Assembly (NCBI GenBank): GCA_963707505.1
Contig: CAVPQB010000004.1
Coordinates: 160,001-224,000 of the forward strand
Reading direction: 5' to 3'
Source: an uncultured Gemmatimonadales bacterium
GTDB lineage: Bacteria > Gemmatimonadota > Gemmatimonadetes > Gemmatimonadales > Gemmatimonadaceae
DNA length: 64,000 nt
A program made the translations under genes and the position numbers. How positions within the stretch are numbered: position 1 is the first letter of the stretch; each line of letters opens with the position of its first letter. The notes beneath the pieces were generated by a model. It ran no database searches. It was not told the origin of the DNA and saw only the letters and a list, made by a program, of their open reading frames with translations. Below, in pieces: positions 1 through 10,066 of the stretch.

Positions 1-23
1 CCGGTGGCATGGGGCAAGAGAAG

Positions 24-99
24 CATGCTGATGCTGATCCCGATGCCGATCCTGATGCCGAGCATGATGCCGATCCTGGTGCTGAGCTGATGCTGATGC
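24..99. repeat. Degenerate hexamer tandem repeat (GATGCY/GATCCY)
   Basis: catgctgatgctgatcccgatgccgatcctgatgccgagcatgatgccgatcctggtgctgagctgatgctgatgc read directly. Confidence 0.8.
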
Positions 100-200
100 G
101 GAGTAGCCCGCGGCTCGCACTTGCGCCCCGATGCCGCGCCCCATCAATTAGCGTCGCACGCCAGTGCACCGGCGATTTGCGGACCCTGCATCCCTGACCC

Positions 201-899
201 ATGTCGAGCGATCCGAGCACCTTTGCGCTAGCCCTGCCGTCCACGCTTGCCACGCTCACCGGTGCAGGCGCGGCGATTCTCGGAGGTTGGGCGTCGGCGC
301 ACTTCACTGCGCGCCAGGCGCGACGCAGGGAGGCGCAGGCGCGTGACGAGCGACGGCGCGTGCTTGCCAGCCTTCTCATCGACGAGCTCACCAACATCGA
401 GGTCGCATTAGGCTCGTTTCCCATCGCGATCACGCGCCGCCGATTTCGACCGCTTCCCGACACACCGGTGCTCGACCGCATGCTCGCGATCGCGGATGCA
501 TTCGATGCTCCGACGGTGATAACCCTTCTCAGTGTGCGCGAAATGGTCCGCGCGCACCGCCGTGTGTCCAAGGATTGTCACGCACTGTTCCGGCGTTATC
601 ACCGGCAGCCTGAAACCGAGGATCGTGCAGACGCGGAGCGCAATCTGCTGGACGTCGTGGCCGGTGCGACCGAGACTGCCGCCGCGGTGCAACGTACCGC
701 GGTCGCGGCACTGCTCGATCTGGGTGGTATCGCGATCTCCGGGGACGACGGCACGGCGACACGTCGCTACACGTCGGGCGCGGTGGAGGATACGCTTCGC
801 TGGACTGCCGTCCACCCTGCGGCGAACGCCGAGGCGATACTTGCGGCTCGGGCATCGTTGCGCGCTGCGGGGCCGGCCGGCGAAGATCGCGTGGAGTAG
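201..899 (+). CDS. Hypothetical protein with N-terminal transmembrane helix
   Basis: 232-aa ATG ORF; hydrophobic LATLTGAGAAILGGWASA followed by a basic stretch; no recognisable family. Confidence 0.6.
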   Translation: MSSDPSTFALALPSTLATLTGAGAAILGGWASAHFTARQARRREAQARDERRRVLASLLIDELTNIEVALGSFPIAITRRRFRPLPDTPVLDRMLAIADAFDAPTVITLLSVREMVRAHRRVSKDCHALFRRYHRQPETEDRADAERNLLDVVAGATETAAAVQRTAVAALLDLGGIAISGDDGTATRRYTSGAVEDTLRWTAVHPAANAEAILAARASLRAAGPAGEDRVE

Positions 900-946
900 A
901 TTGGCGGGGTCCGACTGTCCACCGGATCGTTCCGCATCCCGAGACG

Positions 947-2537
947 CTATCGCGCGCGCGGCGGCGCGACGAACCTGCGCGACTGTCGCTCGTATGCATG
1001 AGCCAGTGCCAACACACGAGCGTCATCACCCGGCAGGCCAACGATCGACACGTTGAGCGCTGGCATGCCGTCGGCGCCGAGTCCCGCGGGCACTGAGACT
1101 TCCGGCAGGCCGAGCCAGTTACCGTAGCCGAGTGCGGTGCGAATGTCTGGCCACGGATCGACCGCACGCGGTGCATTGAACGGCATTGTCGGATAGACCA
1201 TCGCACTTACGCCGGTCATGCGCATCGAGGCAGCGAGCGTCGCGACGACTGTAGCACGCGAGCGCGCGAACGACTGCCCTGCAGCATCTTTCTCCATCGG
1301 TTGCTCGAGCAACGGCTCACACTCGGCGAACGTCGCCGGTAGCACGTCGTAGAATGCACGATACGCAGCGTAGCCGCGGCCGCACCGCTGCACGCGGATC
1401 ATCCGTGCGGCCGGCGAAGTAACGGAAGAGCGCGTTCGCGGTGGGCGCCGGAGAGCGTGCATCCACAGCGACATCGCCACGATCGTGCGCTGCCGCGACG
1501 AACGCGTTGCGATAGTTCGCAAGCGTGACTGGTGGATCGTATGCCTCGACCGTCGCGCCGGCTGCGCGCAGGTCGCTGACTGCGCGATCCCATGTTGCGA
1601 GCGCTTCGGCTGTCATCTGCGTGCGTGGAACGTGCGCGCTCACAAGTCCAAGTCGCACACCCGCGAGGGCATCATCGCGCAGTGCGGCTAGCGGTGCGCC
1701 GTTCCATGCGTTGGTAAGCGCGAGCGGATCTGATGCATCCGCACCAGCGATGGCTGCAAGGAGCAATGCTGCATCGGCGACAGTGCGCGCAAGTGGCCCG
1801 TGTGTGTCGAGATACGGCCACGTCGGAATCACGCCGGTGCGCGGAACGAGCCCGAAGGTCGGCTTCATCCCCACGACGCCGGTGAACTGCGCTGGAATGC
1901 GATTGGATCCGCCGTCATCGGTGCCGACCGCTGCGAATGCAAGTCCCCCGGCGACTGATACTGCAGAGCCCGCGCTGGAGCCGCCGGGAGTGCGCGTTCC
2001 CGTGGGATCGTGCGGATTCAGCACCTGTCCCGTGTGACTGCTGGTACCGTTGCCGCGGTAAGCGAAGTCGTCGGCAGCGGTCTTGCCGAGCACTATCGCA
2101 CCTGCCGCCCGCATCCGTGTTATCTCGAGTGCATCACGAGATACGGGATCGGGAAACAGTCGCGCCCACTCCGCGTTGGATCCCGTAGTTGGCAGTCCGG
2201 CCATGTCGTAGATGGCCTTTGCGAAAATGGGAACGCCATCGAGCGGGCCGCGCATGCGTCCGGCGCGTCGACGCTCGTCTGCGCCGCGTGCATCGGCCAG
2301 CGCCGTGTCAGCCAGCGCATCGATTGCGTGCCACGCCGTGCCATCACTGCGGCAGCGTGCGAGTGCACGCGCGGTGATCTCCGTTGCGGTCCACTCACCG
2401 CGACGACGTCCCGCCTGATAGTCGGCGATGGTACCGTCCAGCGGATCTCGTGCGGTGAACTTCCAGCGCGAGAGCGGAATCGGGAGTGCAACGAGTGCTG
2501 CGAGCTGTGCGAGTGCTTCGCGTCTGGTTGGAGACAT
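947..2537 (-). CDS. Amidase-signature family protein, probably Tat-exported; one frameshift near 1380
   Basis: GPLDGVPIFAK, GAIVLGKT, PGGSSAGSAVSV and GTDDGGSNRIPAQFTGVVGMKPTFG motifs; C-terminus (NWLGLPEVSVPAG...VLALAHAYE) lies in the second frame (947..1522); N-terminal TRREALA. Confidence 0.9.
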
Positions 2538-2653
2538 GGCGTGACGGCGAAAGTGAATGGCGGGTATCGCAGGTGGTCGCTACGACCGGTGACCGCGGTG
2601 GAATTGGCATCCCGAACACCGATCGGTCAATGGTCGACCGGTGTCGTGCTTCA

Positions 2654-3055
2654 CTATCGTAGCGCGGAGTATCCCAGGATGCTCTGGCCGATCGCCATGA
2701 TTCCGGCCACGATCAGGATCAGGGCTAATGTGATGCCGCCGAGTCGGATGCCGAGCTCGCGTCGATCGCTGCTCGATTGCTGTCCGATTATGAATGAACC
2801 GTGCGTGACGATCGCCGCGAGCACCATCAGCATGAGATGACCCGTTACCGCGTCGGGAAAGATGCCGCCCATGACGAGGCCGATGCCGAGTACGATCTGG
2901 AGATCGAGCACGCCGGCGAACGAGTTGGCGAGAATTCGAGCGGAGCGCACCGATCGACCGGTCGCGACACCATACGCTAGCGCGATCAGAGCAGCAAGCG
3001 CGACAAGCAGAACGAGATAACGAAGCCAGGAGTGGGCGAAGAAGAGGATGTTCAT
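2654..3055 (-). CDS. Small multi-pass membrane protein
   Basis: MNILFFAHSWLRYLVLL...DLQIVLGI...HLMLMVLAAIVTH; about 4 hydrophobic segments; ATG at 3055. Confidence 0.8.
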   Translation of the reverse strand: MNILFFAHSWLRYLVLLVALAALIALAYGVATGRSVRSARILANSFAGVLDLQIVLGIGLVMGGIFPDAVTGHLMLMVLAAIVTHGSFIIGQQSSSDRRELGIRLGGITLALILIVAGIMAIGQSILGYSALR

Positions 3056-3065
3056 GTGCCGGCCG

Positions 3066-3310
3066 TCAGCTCGATCGCCTATCGGCATCGCTGATGTTCT
3101 CCAGCACTGCTTCCGCATTCCTTACCAACCGACTCCTCTTCGCCCGCTTCACCGCTGACTTCTTGAACGCCACTCTTAACTCCTCGTCGTCTATCGCGAG
3201 AACCTCCACCGCCAAGGTGCGCGCATCCGTCTCCCTTACCACTTCACGCGCCGCGAATGCGGGTTTTGTAGCGTCACGTGAGAACTTGATGTTCCAGGAA
3301 CATACAGATT
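3066..3310 (-). pseudogene. queG: Displaced queG 3'-end copy 1
   Basis: QSVCSWNIKFSRDATKPAFAAREVVRETDARTLAVEVLAIDDEELRVAFKKSAVKRAKRSRLVRNAEAVLE aligns without gaps to the C-terminus of QueG at 38737..39708. Confidence 0.9.
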
Positions 3311-3441
3311 GGGACGTGTGCCGGTATACCCATTTTGAGATCTCGCTCTCGACCGGCGGGCGAACGCTTGCTGCGAAGATCCGCGTCGGAGCTCGAGTCG
3401 TGCACACGAGTCAAGCCGTCGACCCCGATTACCATCGGATG

Positions 3442-5562
3442 CTACTTCGAGTTCGCGCCGGGAGCGCAGGTCCGTGCTCCGATCAGCACTTGTGCGAACT
3501 GTGGCTTGTCGGCTGGTGGGAAGGGAACCTTCCCGGCCCCTGCGGGCTTGATGCAATCGTACGCGAGCATGTACGCCATGACGTTGGCGTACGAGGCGGG
3601 AGAGAGCGATCCTGGAGCGGTGAGTGGCATCCGTTGCACCACCGCCGCGCGGAATTGCGACGCATTGAGGTGCGCGCGCGCGATGCCGGCTCCGGTGAGC
3701 GCAGGCGCGGACACACCCTGAAGTTGCGCGCCATGGCACGACGCGCAGTTGGTCGTGTACACCGTCGCGCCACTCGCGACCTGCTGCGCGGTGTACGGGA
3801 GCGAGTCCGATGCGGCGAGACCGGACTCCGTCGCGCCGCCGCGTACTGATGCCGCGAGCGCGGGCTGTCCAGTTGTGTCGTTCACGGTCGCGTGTGTCGG
3901 ACCGAGTTGGTACACGATGACGCGACTGCCGTGCGGGGCCGGAAGATTGGGTGTCTGCTGGTTTCCCGCGCGGCCCACCATCAGCGCGAGCTGTTCCTTG
4001 CCGTCGAGCATGAACGCGGAGATTGGGGCGACGATCGCGGAGCCCGTGTTCGTTTTCCAGAGCTGCTTGCCCGTCGCGACGTCGAGCGCGTAGACATTTC
4101 CGCCGAGATCGCTGGTGAAGACCAGCCCCGTCGCGGTGACGAGCGCGCCGCCCTCAGCGGGGTATGGCAGCGTGATGCGCCACCGGACGTGCCCCGTCGC
4201 CACGTCTACCGCGGTCACCACGCCCGTGCCATTCTCTCGCTTCGGGAGCGGTCCGCCGGCGTAGTTCTGTCCCGGGATGTATTCCGGCGTCTCGGTCTGC
4301 AGCTTCCAGATCCCGCATTCCTGCGTGCTGGGAACCACGAACAGATTGGATGACGGATCGTACGCACCGCCGTTCCACTCGACGCCACCGCCATGATTCG
4401 GACACGCGCGTGTTCCTTTCAGCGTCGGCACGGTTGTGGCCAGCCCAGTCTGGTCGCTGACCGCGAGCTGGTGTACCACCGTGCCAGTGCTCTGATCGAG
4501 GATGAGGAAGTTCCCGGCCTTGTCACCAACCGCGACCAACGCGCGCGGCGCACCGGAGACCTTTCCGCTGAATAGCACCGGGATCATGGCCGGATCGGCG
4601 TCGTGCGTGTCGTTTGCGATGATCTGGTGATACCATTTCACCTTCGGTACCGAGCCACTGATGTCGAGGGCGACGATCGAGTTGGAGTAGAGATCCGCGC
4701 CCTCGCGTCCCTTGAGCACCATGTCGGGCCCGGGATTGCCGGGCGCGACGAAGAGCGTGTTCGTTACCGGATTGATTGCGACTCCCGACCACACCGCCGC
4801 CGCGCCGTGAACCCAGGAGCTGTCCTTCCACGTATCACGCTTGAGCGTTTCCCAGTTCCACAGCCTCTTCCCGTCGCTGGTGCTGAACGCGCTCACGAGT
4901 CCCCGATTCCCATTGTCGCCGCCGGCTGTGCCGACAATGACGGCGCCTCGGTAGACGTACGACGCCATGGAGTACCAGCTGTTGGTCGTGTCGCGACATC
5001 CGACGACGTTCCACACGGGCTTGCCCGTGGCCACGTCGAGCGCGATGACGTGACAGTCCTGCGTCGCGACGATCACACGCCCGCCATCGACGCCAACGCC
5101 CCGATTGGCGGCGAATGCGAACACGAACGGACTGTATGGAAACGCCCACTTCAGCTGTCCTGTGTGCGCATCCAGCGCAAGCACATTGTCGTGTGGCGTC
5201 GCCACGTACATCGTGCCGCCGGTGATGATCGGCGACGCTTCCTGTTCACCGTCGTCGCGAATTCGAGTCTCCCATCCTTCGCCGAGCGACGCGACATTCG
5301 CGGACGTGATCTGTGTCAGCGGTGTGTAGCGATTGCCCTCGTACGTCCGCGCGGGGAGAACCCATTCATTGGCGTTCTGACTGGCGCGAAGGAGTTGATC
5401 ATTCGTCGTACCTGCACGTTGCCGTGCCTCGTTGCATGACGGGAACGATACGGCTGCCAGTGCGGTGGGTGCGATGAGCGTGATTGCGCGCCGCGTCCAC
5501 CAGCGGTGGGGAGCAGGGCTCGTTAGAGGCGGTTGCGTGTGCTTCGACGATGTCGACACCAT
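3442..5562 (-). CDS. PQQ-dependent dehydrogenase with C-terminal cytochrome c (quinohemoprotein-like)
   Basis: RYTPLTQITSANVASL, ANRGV, GAAAVWS, GNPGPD, YSNSIVALD, WYHQIIANDTHDAD, GGALVTATGLVF; Trp-docking PQQ repeats; CASCHG heme motif. Confidence 0.9.
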   Translation of the reverse strand: MVSTSSKHTQPPLTSPAPHRWWTRRAITLIAPTALAAVSFPSCNEARQRAGTTNDQLLRASQNANEWVLPARTYEGNRYTPLTQITSANVASLGEGWETRIRDDGEQEASPIITGGTMYVATPHDNVLALDAHTGQLKWAFPYSPFVFAFAANRGVGVDGGRVIVATQDCHVIALDVATGKPVWNVVGCRDTTNSWYSMASYVYRGAVIVGTAGGDNGNRGLVSAFSTSDGKRLWNWETLKRDTWKDSSWVHGAAAVWSGVAINPVTNTLFVAPGNPGPDMVLKGREGADLYSNSIVALDISGSVPKVKWYHQIIANDTHDADPAMIPVLFSGKVSGAPRALVAVGDKAGNFLILDQSTGTVVHQLAVSDQTGLATTVPTLKGTRACPNHGGGVEWNGGAYDPSSNLFVVPSTQECGIWKLQTETPEYIPGQNYAGGPLPKRENGTGVVTAVDVATGHVRWRITLPYPAEGGALVTATGLVFTSDLGGNVYALDVATGKQLWKTNTGSAIVAPISAFMLDGKEQLALMVGRAGNQQTPNLPAPHGSRVIVYQLGPTHATVNDTTGQPALAASVRGGATESGLAASDSLPYTAQQVASGATVYTTNCASCHGAQLQGVSAPALTGAGIARAHLNASQFRAAVVQRMPLTAPGSLSPASYANVMAYMLAYDCIKPAGAGKVPFPPADKPQFAQVLIGARTCAPGANSK

Positions 5563-5577
5563 AGGGAGTGTTCGAAC

Positions 5578-6252
5578 TCAGGTGGCCTGTGACCGGTCGT
5601 CCGCCGCTGTCCCCCCGCGCCGACGCGCCGTCGGGAGCTGCCAGTGGTTCCGCATCGCCATGACGCGCAACCCGATGCAGAGCGCGGCGCCAGCGATGCT
5701 GACGATCCCGGATGGGAGCTGGAGCCCGCGGCCGATCACGACGACGGCTGCGCCCGCGAGCGCCGCGACGGCGTAAAGATCCGCCCTCAGAATTACAGGA
5801 ACTTCCGACACGAGAATGTCGCGCGCCACTCCGCCGCCGACGCCGGTCACGACGCCGAGCAGCACCGCAGTGAGCGGCGCGAGATGAAAGGCAAGCGCCT
5901 TCGATGCACCGGTGACGGCGAACAGTCCGAGTCCCATGGCATCGAAGAGCAGTACCGAATTCCAGAGCCGGTCGACGAACGCCCCCCAGTAGAACGTGAC
6001 CAGGCCTGCGACGAGCGCCGCGGTGATGTAGCGCCAGTCCGCGATGCCTGGCGGCGGCACGGCGCCGATCAGGAGATCACGCGTGATTCCGCCCACGTTC
6101 GCCGCGGCGAACGACAGCACGAGCACGCCGAAGATGTCGAGCCGGTGCTTGACGCCGGACATTGCACCACTCAGCGCGAAGACAAACGTGCCGAGCAGAT
6201 CCAGCACCAGGGTGAGGGTGCTGATTGTGATCGGCGGAATGAGTGGCTGCAT
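5578..6252 (-). CDS. Trimeric intracellular cation channel family (UPF0126, YadS/YicG-like) membrane protein
   Basis: DLLGTFVFALSGA, LDIFGVLVL, GGITRDLL, DAMGLGLF, GVGGGVARDIL duplicated motifs. Confidence 0.92.
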   Translation of the reverse strand: MQPLIPPITISTLTLVLDLLGTFVFALSGAMSGVKHRLDIFGVLVLSFAAANVGGITRDLLIGAVPPPGIADWRYITAALVAGLVTFYWGAFVDRLWNSVLLFDAMGLGLFAVTGASKALAFHLAPLTAVLLGVVTGVGGGVARDILVSEVPVILRADLYAVAALAGAAVVVIGRGLQLPSGIVSIAGAALCIGLRVMAMRNHWQLPTARRRGGTAADDRSQAT

Positions 6253-6256
6253 GCGT

Positions 6257-7525
6257 TCAGGAATGCAGCCAGGCCTGTGCCGCCGTCACCATGGTCTCCA
6301 CACCAGTGTGCAGCGTGGGATCCAGCACCGGGGCAAAGCGCGGGTTGTGATTGGTCGGGATCTCGTTGGTCTTGCCTGCCGCTTTGGCTTTCGCATAAAG
6401 CTCCGGGTCGGTTCCGCCAACGAACCAGAACACCGATGGAACGTGCCACTCGGTGCCGAAGGATCCGAAATCTTCGCTTGCGGTTGATGGCTTGGTTTCC
6501 ACGACCTCACTTGCGGGAAAGTACGCCCGAAGCGCATCGACGACACGTTTCGTCGCGGTCGCATCGTTCACGAGGAGGGGATAGCGGTCCAGCGGTGTGA
6601 TGTCAGGCGTTTTGGGTGCGCCGGATGCCTCCGCTTCTGCGTTCACGATCCGCTTGATGGCAGCGAGCACACGCGTGCGCACGTTCTCGTCGAAGGTGCG
6701 CACGTTCAATTTGATGGTCGCATTGTCGGGGATGACATTCTCTTTCGTACCGGCCTGCAGCGCGCCGACGGTGACCACGGCGGCATCTGTCGGAGCGACC
6801 TCACGCGACACGATCGTCTGAAGACGCATCACCAGAGCGGCCGCCATCACCACGGGATCGATGCTGGCCTGCGGCATGGACCCATGGCCGCCGCGACCGA
6901 ACAGCGTGATCTGCAGGCTGTCGCCAGCCGACGTCATGACGCCGCTGCGCCAGCCGATGGTACCGGCGGGAATGCTCATCACGTGTTGGCCGAGAATTAC
7001 ATCTGGTTTCGGGAATCGCGCGAGGAGTCCGTCATCGATCATCGCCCGCGATCCTTCGGCGGTCTCCTCCGCTGGCTGGAAGACCGCCATGAGCGTCCCC
7101 TTCCAACCCGTGCGAACCTGTGAGAACAACGTGGTCGTGCCGATCAGCCATGTCACGTGCATGTCGTGACCGCACATGTGACCAACGGGCGTCGTGTTCC
7201 CATCCCGGTCCTTCGCGACGACGGCACTTGCGTACGGAAGTCCGGTCGCTTCCTTGATTGGCAGCGCGTCCATGTCGGCGCGCAGCATCACGGTGGGGCC
7301 GTCGCCATTTCGCAGCAGTCCGACGACGCCGGTCTTACCGACGCCGGTCGTCACATCGAAGCCCACCTTGCGGAGCCTGTCCGCCGCGATGCCCGCTGTG
7401 CGAGTCTCCTGCATCGAGAGCTCGGGGTGCGAGTGAATGTCGGTGTAGATCGACTTCAGGTCGGGGAGCAGTGCCGCGAGCCCGGCAAGGACAGGCTCCG
7501 CCGGGCGTTGAACAGGTGTTGTCAT
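6257..7525 (-). CDS. M20 family amidohydrolase (hippurate hydrolase-like)
   Basis: HSHPELSMQE, LRADMDALP, HMCGHDMH, FQPAEE, GRGGHGSMP, SEDF, TNHNPRF. Confidence 0.93.
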   Translation of the reverse strand: MTTPVQRPAEPVLAGLAALLPDLKSIYTDIHSHPELSMQETRTAGIAADRLRKVGFDVTTGVGKTGVVGLLRNGDGPTVMLRADMDALPIKEATGLPYASAVVAKDRDGNTTPVGHMCGHDMHVTWLIGTTTLFSQVRTGWKGTLMAVFQPAEETAEGSRAMIDDGLLARFPKPDVILGQHVMSIPAGTIGWRSGVMTSAGDSLQITLFGRGGHGSMPQASIDPVVMAAALVMRLQTIVSREVAPTDAAVVTVGALQAGTKENVIPDNATIKLNVRTFDENVRTRVLAAIKRIVNAEAEASGAPKTPDITPLDRYPLLVNDATATKRVVDALRAYFPASEVVETKPSTASEDFGSFGTEWHVPSVFWFVGGTDPELYAKAKAAGKTNEIPTNHNPRFAPVLDPTLHTGVETMVTAAQAWLHS

Positions 7526-7671
7526 GATCGATAACCTCGCGGGCGCCACGGCGCCCAGAGTGTCATGGTGAGAGCAACCGAAGGCGTGCACGATATGTGC
7601 CCGTAAAGGGCGCGCCGACGCTGTTCGATCCTTTGCGCCTTCCCCACGACTACGTAGAGCAGTCGCGCTCT

Positions 7672-7781
7672 TTCAAGGGCGATGCCCGGCGGGAACAGTG
7701 ATGGGTCACGTGCACCTCCACGTTGGTGACGTAGCGACAGCGTTGAGGTTCTTTGCCGAAGGCTTGGGTTTCGATCGCACT
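7672..7781 (+). pseudogene. VOC / catechol-2,3-dioxygenase (CatE-like) C-domain fragment
   Basis: FKG/MPAGTVMGHVHLHVGDVATALRFFAEGLGFD motif with a frameshift; no flanking domain. Confidence 0.7.
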
Positions 7782-8327
7782 GTGGGCGGATTCATGCGCC
7801 AATCGGATTCCACCAAGGGACAGATGGTTTGTCCCGGATTGACAACGCGCCACGTGCCGGAGCATGGCGCGCAAGCGAAAACGGTGAAGACATGACGACA
7901 ACGGTTGGCAGCACCGAGGAGCGAGCGGCTGATTGCGAGACCAGGATGCAGCTCAGGATTTTGGTTTTGCGTGCGGCGCTGCGAAAAGATTCGCTAAATG
8001 TGCGGTTGGCTCGCCTTGCCGCGCAGGTCGCGACCTCGCAAGGCGCGATCGCGCGGCTAGCGGCGATGGGAGAGTTCAACTGCCCACCATACGATCATTA
8101 CAACAGCGCTTCGAAGATACGACTCGCTGTTTCATGCATCTCGTGGAAGCGGCGAAACACCATCGTGGTCTCAAGAAGCAGTGGATCGAGTTTCTCGGCG
8201 AACAGCCCAATTCGGCCGTCGATCTGGTCGAGACGAGCGATGTCGAAGGCGAGCCTGCGGCGGCCTGAACTGAACTCCAGTGCAGCTCGTCGGCTAGGGA
8301 AGGTCTGAAGAACTTCGGAATGGATAC

Positions 8328-9361
8328 TCATGCTGTGATCTTCGCGCTGTCGCCCGCAGTGACTTCGTAAGTAGAGCCGGATACCATGGTCGCCGCATCG
8401 GAGGCAAGAAAGACAACTACAGGAGCGATGTCGTTCGGATCGATCCACGGCACGCCCAACGGGCTCGATTTTGCGAGTTCTTCACGCGCTGACTGTTCGT
8501 CCTTTGTGACATCACCGGTTGGCGTTTTGCCGCTCGTTTGCAAGGCTTGCGCATAGCGCTCCTCATGACGCGTGAGAGGCGTATCAACCAGTCCCGGAAC
8601 CAGGCAGTTCACGGTAATGCCACTTTTGCCCAGCTCGAGCGCGGCGGACTTCATCAGACCAATGAGTCCCCACTTCGACGCAGAGTACGCGCTGGCGTTG
8701 AAAGTCCCGTGCTGCCCCTGTGTGGACGTGGTGATGATCATGCGGCCCCTCTTGCGCCGCACCATTGCGGGCCCGAAGGCGCGCAAGACATTAGCTGTGC
8801 CGGTGAGGTTGGTGTCGATGGTGATGTGCCAGTCGGCGTCCTCCATCTCCATCAGGGGGTGGAACTGCTGAATTCCGGCGTTGGCGAACAGGATGTCGAC
8901 CGCGCCAAACGAGGACTCGATACGCTCCGCAGCCGCGCGCAGCGCCGGAAGGTTTCGCTGGTCGACAATATGCGACTGCCACTTGACCCCAAGCGTCTCG
9001 ACCAGTCTGCCGGTCTCCGCAAGGTCCTGCGGTGTCGAAGGCGTGACACCGGAGCGGGGATCGACGACTGCGCAGATGTCGAGCCCCGCTACGTTTGCCC
9101 CTGCGCCGGCGAGGGCAAGCGCGGCTGCACGGCCGATGCCACGCGCCGCACCGGTGACGACGGCGGTCTTGCCTTTCAGCGCGGTTGAAAGAAAGGTGTT
9201 GGTGGAGGGCTTATTGGCGGGACTGCCTGGCATCGGGTTCTCCGGGGACAACGACTGGAATGCGTGCGCCACAGTCGAGTTGCTGGATAGGAGCAGGGCC
9301 GCTGAGGCCTGCGTGACAAAAGCTCGACGAGTAAGCTCCGGTTCTTGGAGGGGTCTCGCAT
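8328..9361 (-). CDS. SDR family oxidoreductase, probably Tat-signal bearing (apparent frameshift right after ATG 9361)
   Basis: GKTAVVTGAARGIG, FANAGI, YSASKWG, VNCLVPGLVDTP; in-frame upstream ELTRRAFVTQASAALLLSS. Confidence 0.9.
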
Positions 9362-9487
9362 TTTGACCTACCGACGTCGGGTGAACTACAAGATGGGAAC
9401 AGCCTTATCTGGAATGGTGTTGATCTCAGCTTCAGACACGTGGGCGTGGGCCACGGCGACCTGCATCGGCACCGCGCGCATTGGTGA

Positions 9488-9677
9488 GGAAGTCCATAGT
9501 CCGCGCATCTTCTGTACCGTTGAAGACGATCATGCGGACTTGTCGTGAGATCCAGAACTGCCGCTCGCTTGCGTTTGAGTGCCAGTGCAGCTCGCGAATC
9601 GCTTCCGGCTTCAACGTGACGATGCCGCCCGAAGTCTTTGGCGAAGCGGGGAAGTTCTTCACGTCGATGATCTTCAC
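9488..9677 (-). pseudogene. Oxalate decarboxylase-like bicupin fragment
   Basis: KIIDVKNFPAS...VTLKPEAIRELHWHSNASERQFWISRQVRMIVF...ARTMDF matches the OxdC second cupin motif RELHWHxNxxEW; truncated at both ends. Confidence 0.8.
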
Positions 9678-10066
9678 GTTGCATTTTCCGCTGGAACGTG
9701 CGTCGCATCGTGCTTGTGTGGAATGTGTGTGGTGACCTGGTGGGTCCGCGGAGGATCACCACCGAGCGCTCGGCGCGGCGATATCTGCGTGACGGTACTC
9801 GACATTCCATGTGGCGCTCGCCGCGCTGGCGTGGTGCGGTCGAATACCGGACGCGGCCGTTCACACATTCCCGCATTCACATCTTTGGCTTATCCGCCGC
9901 GAGCGCTTCCGTATTTATCCCCAGCCAGACATCGGGCGCCGCGGATTGCGTGGGCACGACCTTGCTTACACCGCGAATCGTGAGCACCCCCCCAGCCGCG
10001 GCAGGCGCGGGAAATGCAGGCGGTCGTTTGACAGTGCATCCGTCACTTCATCAACGGAAGGAAACC

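Noticed and set aside
3442..5562. Lanthanide-dependent (XoxF/PedH-type) assignment
   Set aside because: The active-site motif context is too divergent to call metal specificity from the DxD alone
7829..8331. ORFs 7829..8308 (+) and 8098..8331 (-)
   Set aside because: Overlapping alternatives with no recognisable motif; cannot tell which, if either, is real
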